Assembly (NCBI GenBank): GCA_936943465.1
Contig: CAKZJN010000352.1
Location: 1-32,863 of the forward strand
Origin: an uncultured Rhodoferax sp.
GTDB taxonomy: Bacteria > Pseudomonadota > Gammaproteobacteria > Burkholderiales > Burkholderiaceae_C
Direction: 5' to 3'
DNA: 32,863 nucleotides
The translations under genes and the position numbers were made by a program. The first letter of the stretch is position 1. Each line of letters begins with the position of its first letter. The notes beneath the pieces were generated by a model. The model did no database searches. It was not told the DNA's origin and was given only the letters and a program-made list of their open reading frames with translations. Below, one piece after another: positions 9,387-18,941 of the stretch.

Positions 9387-10721
9387 CTACGCGATCTGCT
9401 TCTGGCGCACGCGACCTGCAGGAAAGTGAATGGCAAAGGTGGAACCCTTGCCGGGCGTGCTCTCGATGCTGAGTTCTGCACCATGCCGCTGCGACACATG
9501 CTTGACGATGGCCAAGCCCAAGCCGGTTCCACCGGTCTCGCGCGAACGGCTGCGATCGACCCGGTAAAACCGCTCGGTCAAGCGCGGAATGTGCTCGGGC
9601 GCAATACCCTGCCCCTGGTCCCGTACGCTGAACTCTGCGCCCCCTTGCGGCAGGCTAACCCAACGCACTTCAATCGGCTTGCCAGCGGGTGAATAACGAA
9701 TCGCATTGCCAATCAGGTTGGACATGGCGCTGTGAATTTCTGATGCCGAACCTGCGACCTCCATGGGTCCGTCCAGGCTGAAGTGCAATGCGCGTGGTGC
9801 GGCGCTGAGCAGTGCCGAAAGGTCGCGTGCTTCCTGCTGGCATTGCGCCATCAACGAGTCCAGCACGACCCAATCTTTGGCAGGAGGCAAGGGGCTGCCT
9901 TCCAGACGCGACAGCGTCAGCAAATCGTTCACCAGGGTTTGCATGCGCTGGGCCTGCAATTCCATCAGGCCGAGGTAGCGTGTGCGCTCTTCTTCGTTGA
10001 GCGGCAGTGAAAGTAGTGTCTCGACAAAGCCCGCCAGCACGGTCAGAGGCGTGCGAATTTCATGGGAGACATTGGCCACAAAGTCGCGCCGCATGGCCTC
10101 GGCCTGCTCAACTGCCGTAACGTCCCGTGACAGCAGCAAGCTGCGGCCTTCTCCATACGGATGCAATTGCACCGAAAGCTTGACCGGCTTGGTGTTGGAG
10201 CTACTACGACCCGGCATCTCGACGTCGTGACGAAAATCTTTGGCAGACATGTACGCAGCAAAGCCCGGGTCACGCACCAGATTACCCAGGTGTTGCTGAA
10301 GATCGCGACCGGAGTCCAAGCCAAAGTGGTCTGCCGCAGTCTGGTTAAACCACTCGATACGCCCCTCGGCATCGAGCAGCACCACGCCATTGGGTGACGC
10401 CTGCAAAGCGGCTAAAAACTCCTCCAGCCGTTTGTCGCTTTCCGAGACGGCGCGGTCACGGGCACGCACCAGCTTGCGAATGCGATCAAACAGTTCACCC
10501 CACAAACCGCCACCTAGCGGAATCTGCGAGGTATCACCCGAGCGCAACCACAGCAAAATGCGCCGGCCACGCAAGGCGTCGAGCAACCACCACAGATAGC
10601 AGCCCGCCAACGCACTCAGCAGCGCAAGCGCCTCGCGCTCACCCGAGCCGGAGAAGAATATCCAGGCGGCCAGCGCCGGAAGCGCCTGACACAGCAGGAA
10701 AGAAACAATGCGCCAAAGCAT
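9387..10721 (-). CDS. phoR: Phosphate regulon sensor kinase PhoR
   Basis: Two N-terminal TM segments, PAS, FVANVSHEIRTPL H-box, RLTERFYRVDRSRSRETGGTGLGL. Confidence 0.97.
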   Translation of the reverse strand: MLWRIVSFLLCQALPALAAWIFFSGSGEREALALLSALAGCYLWWLLDALRGRRILLWLRSGDTSQIPLGGGLWGELFDRIRKLVRARDRAVSESDKRLEEFLAALQASPNGVVLLDAEGRIEWFNQTAADHFGLDSGRDLQQHLGNLVRDPGFAAYMSAKDFRHDVEMPGRSSSNTKPVKLSVQLHPYGEGRSLLLSRDVTAVEQAEAMRRDFVANVSHEIRTPLTVLAGFVETLLSLPLNEEERTRYLGLMELQAQRMQTLVNDLLTLSRLEGSPLPPAKDWVVLDSLMAQCQQEARDLSALLSAAPRALHFSLDGPMEVAGSASEIHSAMSNLIGNAIRYSPAGKPIEVRWVSLPQGGAEFSVRDQGQGIAPEHIPRLTERFYRVDRSRSRETGGTGLGLAIVKHVSQRHGAELSIESTPGKGSTFAIHFPAGRVRQKQIA

Positions 10722-10737
10722 GGCCTACTGTAGCCGC

Positions 10738-11463
10738 TCAAGCACTGGTTTTTTCGGTTGGCGTGATCGGAATAAGTGGCCGGGCGGTCAGGCGATAACC
10801 AGCACCCCGCACCGTTTCAACCATATTGCCCGCGCCCCCCAGGGCTTCGCGCAGGCGCTTGACGTGCACATCCACCGTGCGCTCTTCAATGTAGACGTGG
10901 TCGCCCCACACCTTGTCGAGCAACTGTGCGCGGCTGTGTACGCGCTCGGCACTGTTCATGAAGAACTGCAACAGCTTGAACTCGGTGGGACCCAGCTTGA
11001 GCATGGCGTCCTCAAACGTGACCCGGTAGGTGCTCGGGTCGAGCGTCAAGCCCGCAACACTGACCTTTTCGCCTACATCTTCCGGACCCTTGCGGCGCAG
11101 CACCGCGCGCACGCGGGCCAGCAGTTCTTTGGTGGAGAAAGGTTTGACAATGTAGTCATCGGCACCGGCATCGAGCCCGGCCACACGGTCGGCCTCATCG
11201 CCGCGCGCGGTCAGCATGATGATCGGCACTTCCTTGGTGCGCGGGTTGGCGCGCCAGCGTTTGGCCAGCACCAAGCCACTTTCACCGGGCAGCATCCAGT
11301 CCAGCAAAATCAAATCCGGCACCGCCGATTCAATCTCGCGCTCGGCACTGGCGCTGTCAATCGACCAGGTCGTCCGAAAACCGTTGTGACGCAAGTTAAC
11401 GGCTATCAGTTCGGCAATGCTGGGCTCGTCTTCGACCACCAGCACCGCGGGCATGTTTCGCAT
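10738..11463 (-). CDS. phoB: Phosphate regulon response regulator PhoB
   Basis: VLVVEDE, LILLDWMLPG, ERTVDVHVKRLR, TVRGAGY; start trimmed to ATG 11463, just after the phoU stop. Confidence 0.97.
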   Translation of the reverse strand: MRNMPAVLVVEDEPSIAELIAVNLRHNGFRTTWSIDSASAEREIESAVPDLILLDWMLPGESGLVLAKRWRANPRTKEVPIIMLTARGDEADRVAGLDAGADDYIVKPFSTKELLARVRAVLRRKGPEDVGEKVSVAGLTLDPSTYRVTFEDAMLKLGPTEFKLLQFFMNSAERVHSRAQLLDKVWGDHVYIEERTVDVHVKRLREALGGAGNMVETVRGAGYRLTARPLIPITPTEKTSA

Positions 11464-11473
11464 GAGAGATTCC

Positions 11474-12175
11474 TTAGCGGACCACGGATTCGATTTTTTC
11501 CATGCTGGTGTGGCGAATGTCTTCGCCCTTGACCACATAGATAATGAACTCAGCGATGTTCTTGGAGTGGTCACCGATGCGCTCAATCGCCTTGGCCAGG
11601 AACAGCAAGTCCAGGCTGGGCGAGATGGTGCGCGGGTCTTCCATCATGTAGGTCACCAACTTGCGCACAAAGCCGTCAAATTCCTGGTCGATCAGGTCAT
11701 CTTCCTTGAGGATGGTTACGGCGGCATTCACATCCAGGCGAGCAAACGCATCCAGCGCCTTGTTCAGCAGACCCGAGGCCAGATCGGCAGCAACACGCAA
11801 CTCCAACGACGGCAACGAACGGGGAGCGCCGCTTTGGATGATGGAACGCACCATGCGGGCGATTTTTTCGGCTTCGTCGCCCACACGCTCCAGATTGGCG
11901 GTGGTCTTGGAAATGGCAATCAGCAGGCGCAAATCGCGCGCCGTGGGCTGACGCCGCGCAATGATGCTGGACAGGGCATGGTCAATCTCGACTTCCATCG
12001 CGTTGACACGGGCCTCGTTGGCAGAAACCTGCTCGGTGGCTTCCATACTGAACTGGGACAGCGAGTAAATGGCCTGACGGATCTGGGATTCAACCAGACC
12101 GCCCATTTCCATCACCTGGCTGGATACGGAGGTCAGTTCGCTATCAAACTGGGTCGACAAGTGTTTTTCGGGCAT
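11474..12175 (-). CDS. phoU: Phosphate signalling protein PhoU
   Basis: MPEKHLSTQFD, RRQPTARDLR, LERVGD, IERIGDH; GAGGA RBS before ATG 12175. Confidence 0.97.
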   Translation of the reverse strand: MPEKHLSTQFDSELTSVSSQVMEMGGLVESQIRQAIYSLSQFSMEATEQVSANEARVNAMEVEIDHALSSIIARRQPTARDLRLLIAISKTTANLERVGDEAEKIARMVRSIIQSGAPRSLPSLELRVAADLASGLLNKALDAFARLDVNAAVTILKEDDLIDQEFDGFVRKLVTYMMEDPRTISPSLDLLFLAKAIERIGDHSKNIAEFIIYVVKGEDIRHTSMEKIESVVR

Positions 12176-12200
12176 GGGATTTCCTCTACGTTGCCAGGGA

Positions 12201-12980
12201 TCAGCCGAAACGGCCGGTGATGTAGTCTTCTGTCTCTTTGCGGGTGGGCTTGAAGAACATTTGTTCGGTCGCGCCAAACTCCACCAGGTCGCCCAGGTAC
12301 ATGTAGGCGGTGTAGTCGCTGCAACGGGCCGCTTGCTGCATGTTGTGGGTCACGATGACCACGGTGTAGTCCTCCTTGAGTTCCACAATCAGTTCTTCCA
12401 CCTTGGCCGTAGAAATCGGGTCCAGCGCCGAGCAGGGCTCGTCGAGCAGGAGCACTTCGGGCTTGATGGCAATGCCGCGCGCAATGCACAGGCGCTGTTG
12501 CTGGCCACCCGACAGGCTGCTGCCGCTTTGGTGCAGCTTGTCTTTCACTTCGGTCCACAGCGCCGACTTGCGCAGCGCCCACTCGACACGCTCTTCCATG
12601 TCGGTGGCATTCAGGTTCTCAAACAGCTTCACGCCAAAAGCAATGTTGTCGTAAATGGACATTGGGAACGGCGTGGGCTTCTGGAACACCATGCCAACCT
12701 TCGCGCGCAGCAGCGCCACGTCTTCTTTGCTGGTGAGCAGGTCTTCGCCGTCAAGCAGGATCTGGCCTTCCGCGCGTTGCTCGGGGTAGAGCTCAAACAT
12801 GCGGTTGAAGATGCGCAGCAATGTGGACTTGCCGCAACCGGAGGGACCGATAAAGGCGGTGACCTTCTTCTCGGGAATTTCCAGGTTGATGCCTTTGAGG
12901 GCATGGAACTTTCCGTAAAAGAAGTTCAGGTCCTTTACGGCAATCTTGGTCTTTTCAATCACAGGAGGTGTTGCAAGCAT
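12201..12980 (-). CDS. pstB: Phosphate ABC transporter ATPase
   Basis: [46 protein letters not shown]. Confidence 0.98.
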   Translation of the reverse strand: MLATPPVIEKTKIAVKDLNFFYGKFHALKGINLEIPEKKVTAFIGPSGCGKSTLLRIFNRMFELYPEQRAEGQILLDGEDLLTSKEDVALLRAKVGMVFQKPTPFPMSIYDNIAFGVKLFENLNATDMEERVEWALRKSALWTEVKDKLHQSGSSLSGGQQQRLCIARGIAIKPEVLLLDEPCSALDPISTAKVEELIVELKEDYTVVIVTHNMQQAARCSDYTAYMYLGDLVEFGATEQMFFKPTRKETEDYITGRFG

Positions 12981-13029
12981 GGCGTTGTCTTTTCTAGTGG
13001 GTACGGATGGCTGAGCGCAGCAAAGGTGT

Positions 13030-13893
13030 TTAGTGCTTGGAACGGGTCAGTACCCGCGCCAGGATGTTGAGGCCAAGCACCGCAAGGGTGATCAGGAACA
13101 CGCCGGCCCAGGCCAGCTTTTGCCAGTTTTCATACGGGCTCATGGCGAACTTGAAGATGGTGACCGGTAGGCTTGCCATGGGTTGGCCCAGGCTGGAGGT
13201 CCAGAACTGGTTGGACAGCGCGGTAAACAAGAGCGGAGCGGTTTCACCCGAGATGCGCGCCACCGCCAGCAAAATGCCGGTAATCACGCCGGTGCGGGCG
13301 GCCTTGAGGGTGATGCTCAGAATCACCTTCCACTTGGGAGCACCCAGGGCGTAAGCGGCTTCGCGCAGGCCCGGGGGAACCAGTTGCAGCATGTTCTCGG
13401 TGGTGCGAATGACCACCGGAATCACGATCAGGGCCAGCGCCAACACACCGGCAAGGGCCGAGAAGGTGTGCGTCGGGTGTACCACCACGGCATACACAAA
13501 CAAGCCGATCACGATGCTGGGGGCCGACAGGAGAATGTCATTCACAAAGCGCGTCACATTGGCCAGCCAACCCTTGGGCTCGAACTCAGCCAGATAAATA
13601 CCGGCCATCACGCCCACCGGTGTTCCGACAAAAGTGGCCAACGCCACCATCAGAAGCGAACCGTAAATGGCATTGGCCAGGCCGCCCTCTTCATTGGGGC
13701 CGGGGGTCATTTGTGTCAGGGTGGCCAGCGTCAGCCCGCCAATGCCCTGGCGAACGGTCTCAAACAAGATCCAGAACAACCAGAACAAGCCAAACGCCAT
13801 GGCGCTCAGGGCCAGTGCCGTGGCAATCTTGTTGACCACATTGCGCTGCGCGAATTTAGCGGCGCGCGCCGCACGGACTTCAGGTGACATCAT
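13030..13893 (-). CDS. pstA: Phosphate ABC transporter permease
   Basis: [12 protein letters not shown] loop, [13 protein letters not shown]; overlaps the pstC stop (ATGA). Confidence 0.97.
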   Translation of the reverse strand: MMSPEVRAARAAKFAQRNVVNKIATALALSAMAFGLFWLFWILFETVRQGIGGLTLATLTQMTPGPNEEGGLANAIYGSLLMVALATFVGTPVGVMAGIYLAEFEPKGWLANVTRFVNDILLSAPSIVIGLFVYAVVVHPTHTFSALAGVLALALIVIPVVIRTTENMLQLVPPGLREAAYALGAPKWKVILSITLKAARTGVITGILLAVARISGETAPLLFTALSNQFWTSSLGQPMASLPVTIFKFAMSPYENWQKLAWAGVFLITLAVLGLNILARVLTRSKH

Positions 13894-14921
13894 GATTTGG
13901 CGCCTTCGCTCTTGCGCAGTTGGGCTAGCAGCAGCTTGGACAAGGACAGGATCACAAAGGTAATAAAGAACAGCACCAGGCCCAGGTACATCAGAGCCGC
14001 TTGGTGCAAGCCCTCGCCGGCTTCGGCAAACTCATTGGCCAGGGCGGAGGTAATGCTGTTGGCCGCCTGGAACAAGCTCAGGGAATCGAGCTGGTTGAAG
14101 TTACCGATCACAAACGTGACCGCCATGGTCTCGCCAATGGCGCGCCCCAGACCCAGCATGATTCCGCCGATGACACCGGTCTTGGTGAAAGGCAACACAA
14201 TTTTGGAAACCACTTCCCAGGTAGTAGCACCCAGACCGTAGGCCGATTCCTTCAGCATGGGCGGCGTGACTTCAAACACATCGCGCATCACCGCCGAAAT
14301 AAACGGGATGATCATGATGGCCAGAATGATGCCGGCCGACAAAATGCCGATACCCACTGGCGGGCCCGACACAAAGGCACCCAGATACGGCACACCGGTC
14401 AACGCAGCTTGCAAGGGTTGCTGCACGTATTCGGACAACACCGGCCCGAAAATCAGCAGACCCCACATGCCGTACACGATGGACGGAATGGCCGCCAGCA
14501 ATTCAATCGCCGTGCCCAGCGGGCGCTTCAGCCAAGCCGGTGACAGCTCCGTCAGGAACAAGGCAATGCCAAAGCTCACTGGCACCGCAATCAACAAGGC
14601 AATGATGGACGTGGCGATCGTGCCGTAAATCATCACCAGGCCACCAAACTCCTCCTGCACCGGGTCCCATGCCGTACTGGTCAGGAAGCCCAGTCCGTAC
14701 TTGGCAATCGCCGGCCAGGCGCTGATGGTCAGCGAGGTCAATATCGCCAGCAATAAGCCCAGCGTAAAGATGGCCGCACCTTTGGCCAAAAAACCAAACA
14801 GGCGATCAGCAAATGGGCCGGAACGGGCCCGCTTGGGGCCTTGCGGAGAAGTCATGGCGCGTGCCTTTTCTTGTTCTGTCAAACCGGCAGGGGCATCCCC
14901 ATGCATGAGAGTGGAAGACAT
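13890..14921 (-). CDS. pstC: Phosphate ABC transporter permease
   Basis: [29 protein letters not shown]. Confidence 0.97.
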   Translation of the reverse strand: MSSTLMHGDAPAGLTEQEKARAMTSPQGPKRARSGPFADRLFGFLAKGAAIFTLGLLLAILTSLTISAWPAIAKYGLGFLTSTAWDPVQEEFGGLVMIYGTIATSIIALLIAVPVSFGIALFLTELSPAWLKRPLGTAIELLAAIPSIVYGMWGLLIFGPVLSEYVQQPLQAALTGVPYLGAFVSGPPVGIGILSAGIILAIMIIPFISAVMRDVFEVTPPMLKESAYGLGATTWEVVSKIVLPFTKTGVIGGIMLGLGRAIGETMAVTFVIGNFNQLDSLSLFQAANSITSALANEFAEAGEGLHQAALMYLGLVLFFITFVILSLSKLLLAQLRKSEGAKS

Positions 14922-14940
14922 GGGGAACCCTGCGGACTAT

Positions 14941-15984
14941 TTACTTGAATGCAATGGCTTTGCCGCCGGTGTCCTTGATTTCACCCCAGGACTTTTGGAT
15001 CAAAGCAACCACGGAAGCCGGCAGGGGCACGTAGTCCAGATCGGCCGCAGTCTTGCCACCGTTGGCATAGGCCCAGTTGAAAAACTTCAGCACTTCGGTG
15101 CCGTTGGCGGGCTTGTCTTGCTTGGCGTGCATCAGGATGAAGGTTGCGCCGCTGATGGGCCAAGCATCCTTGCCATTCTGATTGGTCAGAATCTGGAAGA
15201 AGGACTTGTTCCAATCGGCACCGGCAGCAGCGGCCTTGAACGCATCATCGTCAGGCTGCACAAAGGCGCCGGACGCGTTTTGCATCACAGCAAAGTTCAT
15301 CTTGTTTTGCTTCACGTAGGAATATTCCACGTAGCCAATCGAGTTGGGCAGGCGGTTCACGAAAGCGGACACGCCTTCGTTGCCCTTGCCACCGGCGCCC
15401 ACAGGCCAGTTCACGGCTGTGCCTTCGCCCACTTTGGACTTCCACTCAGCATTCACCTTGCTCAGGTAGTTGGTGAAGATGAAGGTGGTGCCGGAGCCGT
15501 CCGCGCGGCGCACGGGGGCAATGGCGGTGTCGGGCAGATTCAGGCTGGGGTTCAGGCCCTTGATGGCAGCGTCATTCCACTTGACAATCTTGCCCAGGAA
15601 AATGTCGCCCAGCACCTGACCGTTCAGCTTGAGCTGACCGGGTTCGATGCCCTTGACGTTGATCACGGGTACCACGCCACCAATCACGGTCGGGAACTGG
15701 ACCTGGCCCTTGGACTTGAGCACGTCATCGGTCAGGGGCATGTCAGATGCACCGAAGTCGACCGTCTTGGAGTCGATTTGCTTGATACCACCACCGGAGC
15801 CGATGGACTGGTAGTTCACCTTGACGCCGGTGGCCTTGTTGTAGTCTGAGGCCCACTTGGCGTAAATGGGAGCCGGAAAGCTTGCGCCGGCGCCGGTGAT
15901 TTCCTGCGCGCCCACAGTACCGGAAAAGCTAAATGCTGCCACAGTGGCCAAAGCCAGCAAAGATTGGTTGAACGACGATTTCAT
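14941..15984 (-). CDS. pstS: Phosphate-binding periplasmic protein
   Basis: Signal peptide, [31 protein letters not shown]; TGAGG RBS. Confidence 0.98.
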   Translation of the reverse strand: MKSSFNQSLLALATVAAFSFSGTVGAQEITGAGASFPAPIYAKWASDYNKATGVKVNYQSIGSGGGIKQIDSKTVDFGASDMPLTDDVLKSKGQVQFPTVIGGVVPVINVKGIEPGQLKLNGQVLGDIFLGKIVKWNDAAIKGLNPSLNLPDTAIAPVRRADGSGTTFIFTNYLSKVNAEWKSKVGEGTAVNWPVGAGGKGNEGVSAFVNRLPNSIGYVEYSYVKQNKMNFAVMQNASGAFVQPDDDAFKAAAAGADWNKSFFQILTNQNGKDAWPISGATFILMHAKQDKPANGTEVLKFFNWAYANGGKTAADLDYVPLPASVVALIQKSWGEIKDTGGKAIAFK

Positions 15985-16021
15985 GAAAAGCCCTCAGGTT
16001 GGTGTTTATGGAACATCTTGG

Positions 16022-16055
16022 ACTCTAAGAAAGTTTTGTGACAAAGATATGACTG
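16022..16055 (-). promoter_or_regulatory. Pho box and -10 of the pstS promoter
   Basis: Minus strand CAGTCAT-atct-TTGTCAC-(10 nt)-TAGAGT; same geometry as E. coli PhoB promoters. Confidence 0.9.
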
Positions 16056-16103
16056 CGTGCCAATTTTGCGATTCACCTTGAAGGTCGTCAATGTTTGGGC
16101 AAA

Positions 16104-16137
16104 TTGTCACCGCTTTGTCACATAAGTTTCTTACTCT
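16104..16137 (+). promoter_or_regulatory. Pho box and -10 of the fasciclin-acyltransferase promoter
   Basis: TTGTCAC-cgct-TTGTCAC-(10 nt)-TACTCT. Confidence 0.8.
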
Positions 16138-16163
16138 CCAGTTTTTTCAACTGGAGCAACCCG

Positions 16164-16676
16164 ATGAACCCAACGAACTTCGCATCGTTTCTGTCCCGCC
16201 GCGCCGTAGTGGCTTGTGTGGCCATTGGCATTGCGGCCTTGACGAGCGGCTGTGCCACGGTTTCGGCACCCGCCAATGTGGCCGACACGATTGCAAAGAC
16301 CCCGTCCTTGAGCACCCTGAACGGCTTGTTGGCAAACGCCGGTTTGACCGCGGCCCTGAAGGCCGACGGCCCCTACACGGTGTTTGCACCCAGCAATGAC
16401 GCGTTCAAGGCCGTACCCGCCAAGACCATGGACGACCTCGCCAAGAACCCCGAAAAGCTGAAAGACGTGCTGACCTTCCACGTGCTGGCCGTTCAAGCGA
16501 ACGCGGCTTCGATCAAGAACTCCAAGGTCAAGACGCTCAACGGCGCTACGCTGGAACTTTCCAAAGCCGGTGACTTTGTCACAGTCGACAGCGCTACCGT
16601 CACCACGGCCGACATTGCCGCGTCTAATGGCGTGGTGCACATCATCGACGCCGTGCTGCTGCCCCCGAAGAAGTAA
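16164..16676 (+). CDS. Fasciclin (FAS1) domain lipoprotein
   Basis: H1 motif YTVFAPSNDAF, H2 motif SNGVVHIIDAVLLP; signal peptide with SRR and lipobox LTSGC; GGAG RBS before ATG 16164. Confidence 0.92.
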   Translation: MNPTNFASFLSRRAVVACVAIGIAALTSGCATVSAPANVADTIAKTPSLSTLNGLLANAGLTAALKADGPYTVFAPSNDAFKAVPAKTMDDLAKNPEKLKDVLTFHVLAVQANAASIKNSKVKTLNGATLELSKAGDFVTVDSATVTTADIAASNGVVHIIDAVLLPPKK

Positions 16677-16691
16677 ACCCGGACCAACAAG

Positions 16692-17465
16692 GTGCTTGGT
16701 CACAAGCAAAAACCAGGACCGCGCAAGCTTTCCTGGTGGAAATGGGTGCTGATCGCCTGGCATTTCGGCCGCGCCGGCTGGGTGGTCGGCGTGCGGTTCT
16801 CGCGTTTGGCCAAGGCGCAGCGACAGGCAGAAATCAGGGAATGGTCCGTGCGAATGCTGCGTGCGCTGGATGTCGAAGTGCAGTGCCCTTCCCCACCCCC
16901 GGCAGATTTTGCCGGGCTGGTGGTGTCCAACCACCTGTCCTGGATGGACATTCTGGTGCTTCAGGCAATCCTGCCGGGCACTTTTGTAGCAAAAACCGAA
17001 GTCAGGAACTGGCCGGTGGTGGGATCCCTGGCGCAGGCCTGTGGCACGATTTTTGTCAATCGCAGTTCCCCCCGCTCGGCCCGCGCCATGGTGGACCACA
17101 CCGTTTCGGCCATCGCGCAGGGCCAGGCGGTGATTGTTTTCCCCGAAGGCACCAGCACCAATGGCGACGACCTTGCCCCCTTTCACGCCAACATTTTTGA
17201 GAGCGCCGTCCGGTCCGAAGGCCAAGTCCAGTTGCTAACCCTGCGCTACCGGGACAAGGCCACCGGCGAACTCGCCCGCGGTGTGCACTTCACCGGAACC
17301 ATGTCCCTGCTCGATTCCTTGCGCACCATCACCCGGTTGCCAGCCACGCATGCGGTGGTGCACATCGGTGACCGGGTTCCTGCAACCGGCCATACCCGCA
17401 AGTCCCTTTCTGAGCATGCGTATGGCACCATGCGCGCCCAACTGCTCGCCACCGCGCGGCCTTAA
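16692..17465 (+). CDS. Lysophospholipid acyltransferase family protein (PlsC/OlsA-like)
   Basis: NHLSWMD (HX4D), FVAKTEV, GTIFVNR, VFPEGT; 15 nt after the fasciclin stop; GTG start. Confidence 0.88.
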   Translation: MLGHKQKPGPRKLSWWKWVLIAWHFGRAGWVVGVRFSRLAKAQRQAEIREWSVRMLRALDVEVQCPSPPPADFAGLVVSNHLSWMDILVLQAILPGTFVAKTEVRNWPVVGSLAQACGTIFVNRSSPRSARAMVDHTVSAIAQGQAVIVFPEGTSTNGDDLAPFHANIFESAVRSEGQVQLLTLRYRDKATGELARGVHFTGTMSLLDSLRTITRLPATHAVVHIGDRVPATGHTRKSLSEHAYGTMRAQLLATARP

Positions 17466-17570
17466 TCCAGCCCGTTTGCAGGAGACCCGGCCCGCCATCA
17501 GGCGCAGTGTCGCTCCCGGCAGGCCTATTCCCGCGCAAACACCCAACACCATTGGGGCTAAGCCGTCCGA

Positions 17571-17612
17571 TTGACCCTGCAAATAAAACGATATAAACTG
17601 TATATATCGTTT
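17571..17612 (+). promoter_or_regulatory. Sigma70 promoter overlapped by a 10-bp inverted-repeat operator
   Basis: TTGACC (17571)-17 nt-TAAACT (17594); AAACGATATA-N7-TATATCGTTT at 17586-17612; AGGAG RBS at 17616-17620. Confidence 0.8.
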
Positions 17613-17626
17613 AAAAGGAGTCATTT

Positions 17627-18175
17627 ATGCAAGCAAGCACCCCCATTGATCAAGCTGTTGCTGCCAGCGTTGCCGCCCCTGCCCCCGCTGTAACGCCGGC
17701 CGCAAAACCGGCTGCCAAGCCCTCCGCAAAGAAGGCCACCGCACCGGCCAAAAAAGAGCCTGCTGCAAAGGTGGCGCCCCAGGCTGCAGCCAAAGCAGCA
17801 CCCAAGGCTGCGAAAAAGCCGGTGAAGGCAGCCGCACCTAAAGCTGCCGCCAAGGCTGCTCCCAAAGCCGCACCCAAGGCTGCCGCGAAGCCCAAGGTCG
17901 CTAAAGCAAAAGCTGCTCCGAAGGTCGCCACACCCAAGCCCGCCAAAGACAAAAAAATCAAGATGGTGCGTGACAGCATCTCCATCCCCAAAGCAGAGTA
18001 CGCAGTGCTGGACGAGTTGAAGGCGCGCGCCACCAAACTGGCGAACCCGGTCAAGAAGACCGAACTTCTTCGTGCCGGCATCAAGGCGTTGGCTGCCCTG
18101 TCTGACGCAGCCCTTTTGGCGGCCATTCGCGCAGTGCCCAGCCTGAAAACCGGTCGTCCTGCCAAGGCTGACTGA
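17627..18175 (+). CDS. Histone H1-like Ala/Lys/Pro-repeat protein with C-terminal probable ribbon-helix-helix domain
   Basis: ~95 aa of KPAA/KAAP/KAAA repeats, then VRDSISIP (alternating strand) KAEYAVLDELKARA (helix) PVKKTELLRAGIKAL (helix); strong RBS and promoter. Confidence 0.8.
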   Translation: MQASTPIDQAVAASVAAPAPAVTPAAKPAAKPSAKKATAPAKKEPAAKVAPQAAAKAAPKAAKKPVKAAAPKAAAKAAPKAAPKAAAKPKVAKAKAAPKVATPKPAKDKKIKMVRDSISIPKAEYAVLDELKARATKLANPVKKTELLRAGIKALAALSDAALLAAIRAVPSLKTGRPAKAD

Positions 18176-18176
18176 A

Positions 18177-18938
18177 TCAGGTGTCGTTCACACTGACGCG
18201 CTGCATCCAACGCGTCATTTGATCGATCACCCAAGGGCCATCATCCAGCGTCAGATCATGGCCCGCGGTGGGGTGCAAGGCCCCTTCGCAGCCCCAGTGC
18301 TGCATGATCGCTCGCGTGCATTCCACCGACACCAATCGATCCATTTCGCCTGCCAGCACCAGCGTGCGAGCAACCGGTGGCTTGTCTGGCACAAGGTAGC
18401 GGGCGGCTGCCAACAATTGGCGTAGCGCATTGCGAGCGGATACCGGGTTGCGCGCCCGCTCCACACACCAATCCATCAACACCTCGTAGCGCGGGTGATT
18501 CGCGGTGAGGCGCAAGATGGTTTGCTCCAGCTTGATGGCACCGTTGCCATTGCCAGCCATGCTCCACAACAAAGCCGCCAAAGCCCCGGGCTTCATGCGC
18601 TGCCAGAACGGATTGAGCGGCCGCATGCTGGTGCTTACCAGCACCAGGCGCTGCACCTCTCCCGGCCACTGATTCGCCCATTGCGTGGCGACCATAGCCC
18701 CCAGCGACAGGGCCAAAACATGCACCGGGCCGCCCTCCCCCCTGGAAAGCCACTGAGCCCGGCATGCCTCGGCCATTTCAGCCACGCTGGTCGGGCTGGA
18801 CTGGCCGCAGAGACTCCCATTGCCAGGCAAGTCCAAAGCAATGACCCGCGCTGGCAAGGCACGCTCAAATTCGGCAATGAAGTCGCCCCAGTGCGAAGAA
18901 GATCGCGTGAGACCCCGAATGAAGATCCAGGTTTGCAC
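18177..18938 (-). CDS. Alpha/beta-fold hydrolase
   Basis: FIRGL oxyanion loop, LDLPGNG, nucleophile elbow ALSLG, GEMD acid and AGHD histidine; starts 3 nt after the M14 stop. Confidence 0.9.
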   Translation of the reverse strand: MQTWIFIRGLTRSSSHWGDFIAEFERALPARVIALDLPGNGSLCGQSSPTSVAEMAEACRAQWLSRGEGGPVHVLALSLGAMVATQWANQWPGEVQRLVLVSTSMRPLNPFWQRMKPGALAALLWSMAGNGNGAIKLEQTILRLTANHPRYEVLMDWCVERARNPVSARNALRQLLAAARYLVPDKPPVARTLVLAGEMDRLVSVECTRAIMQHWGCEGALHPTAGHDLTLDDGPWVIDQMTRWMQRVSVNDT

Positions 18939-18941
18939 AGC

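Noticed and set aside
17690-17950. Tandem ~12-nt repeats as CRISPR or VNTR
   Set aside because: Degenerate codon-level repeats encoding KAAP/KPAA; no constant repeats with unique spacers.
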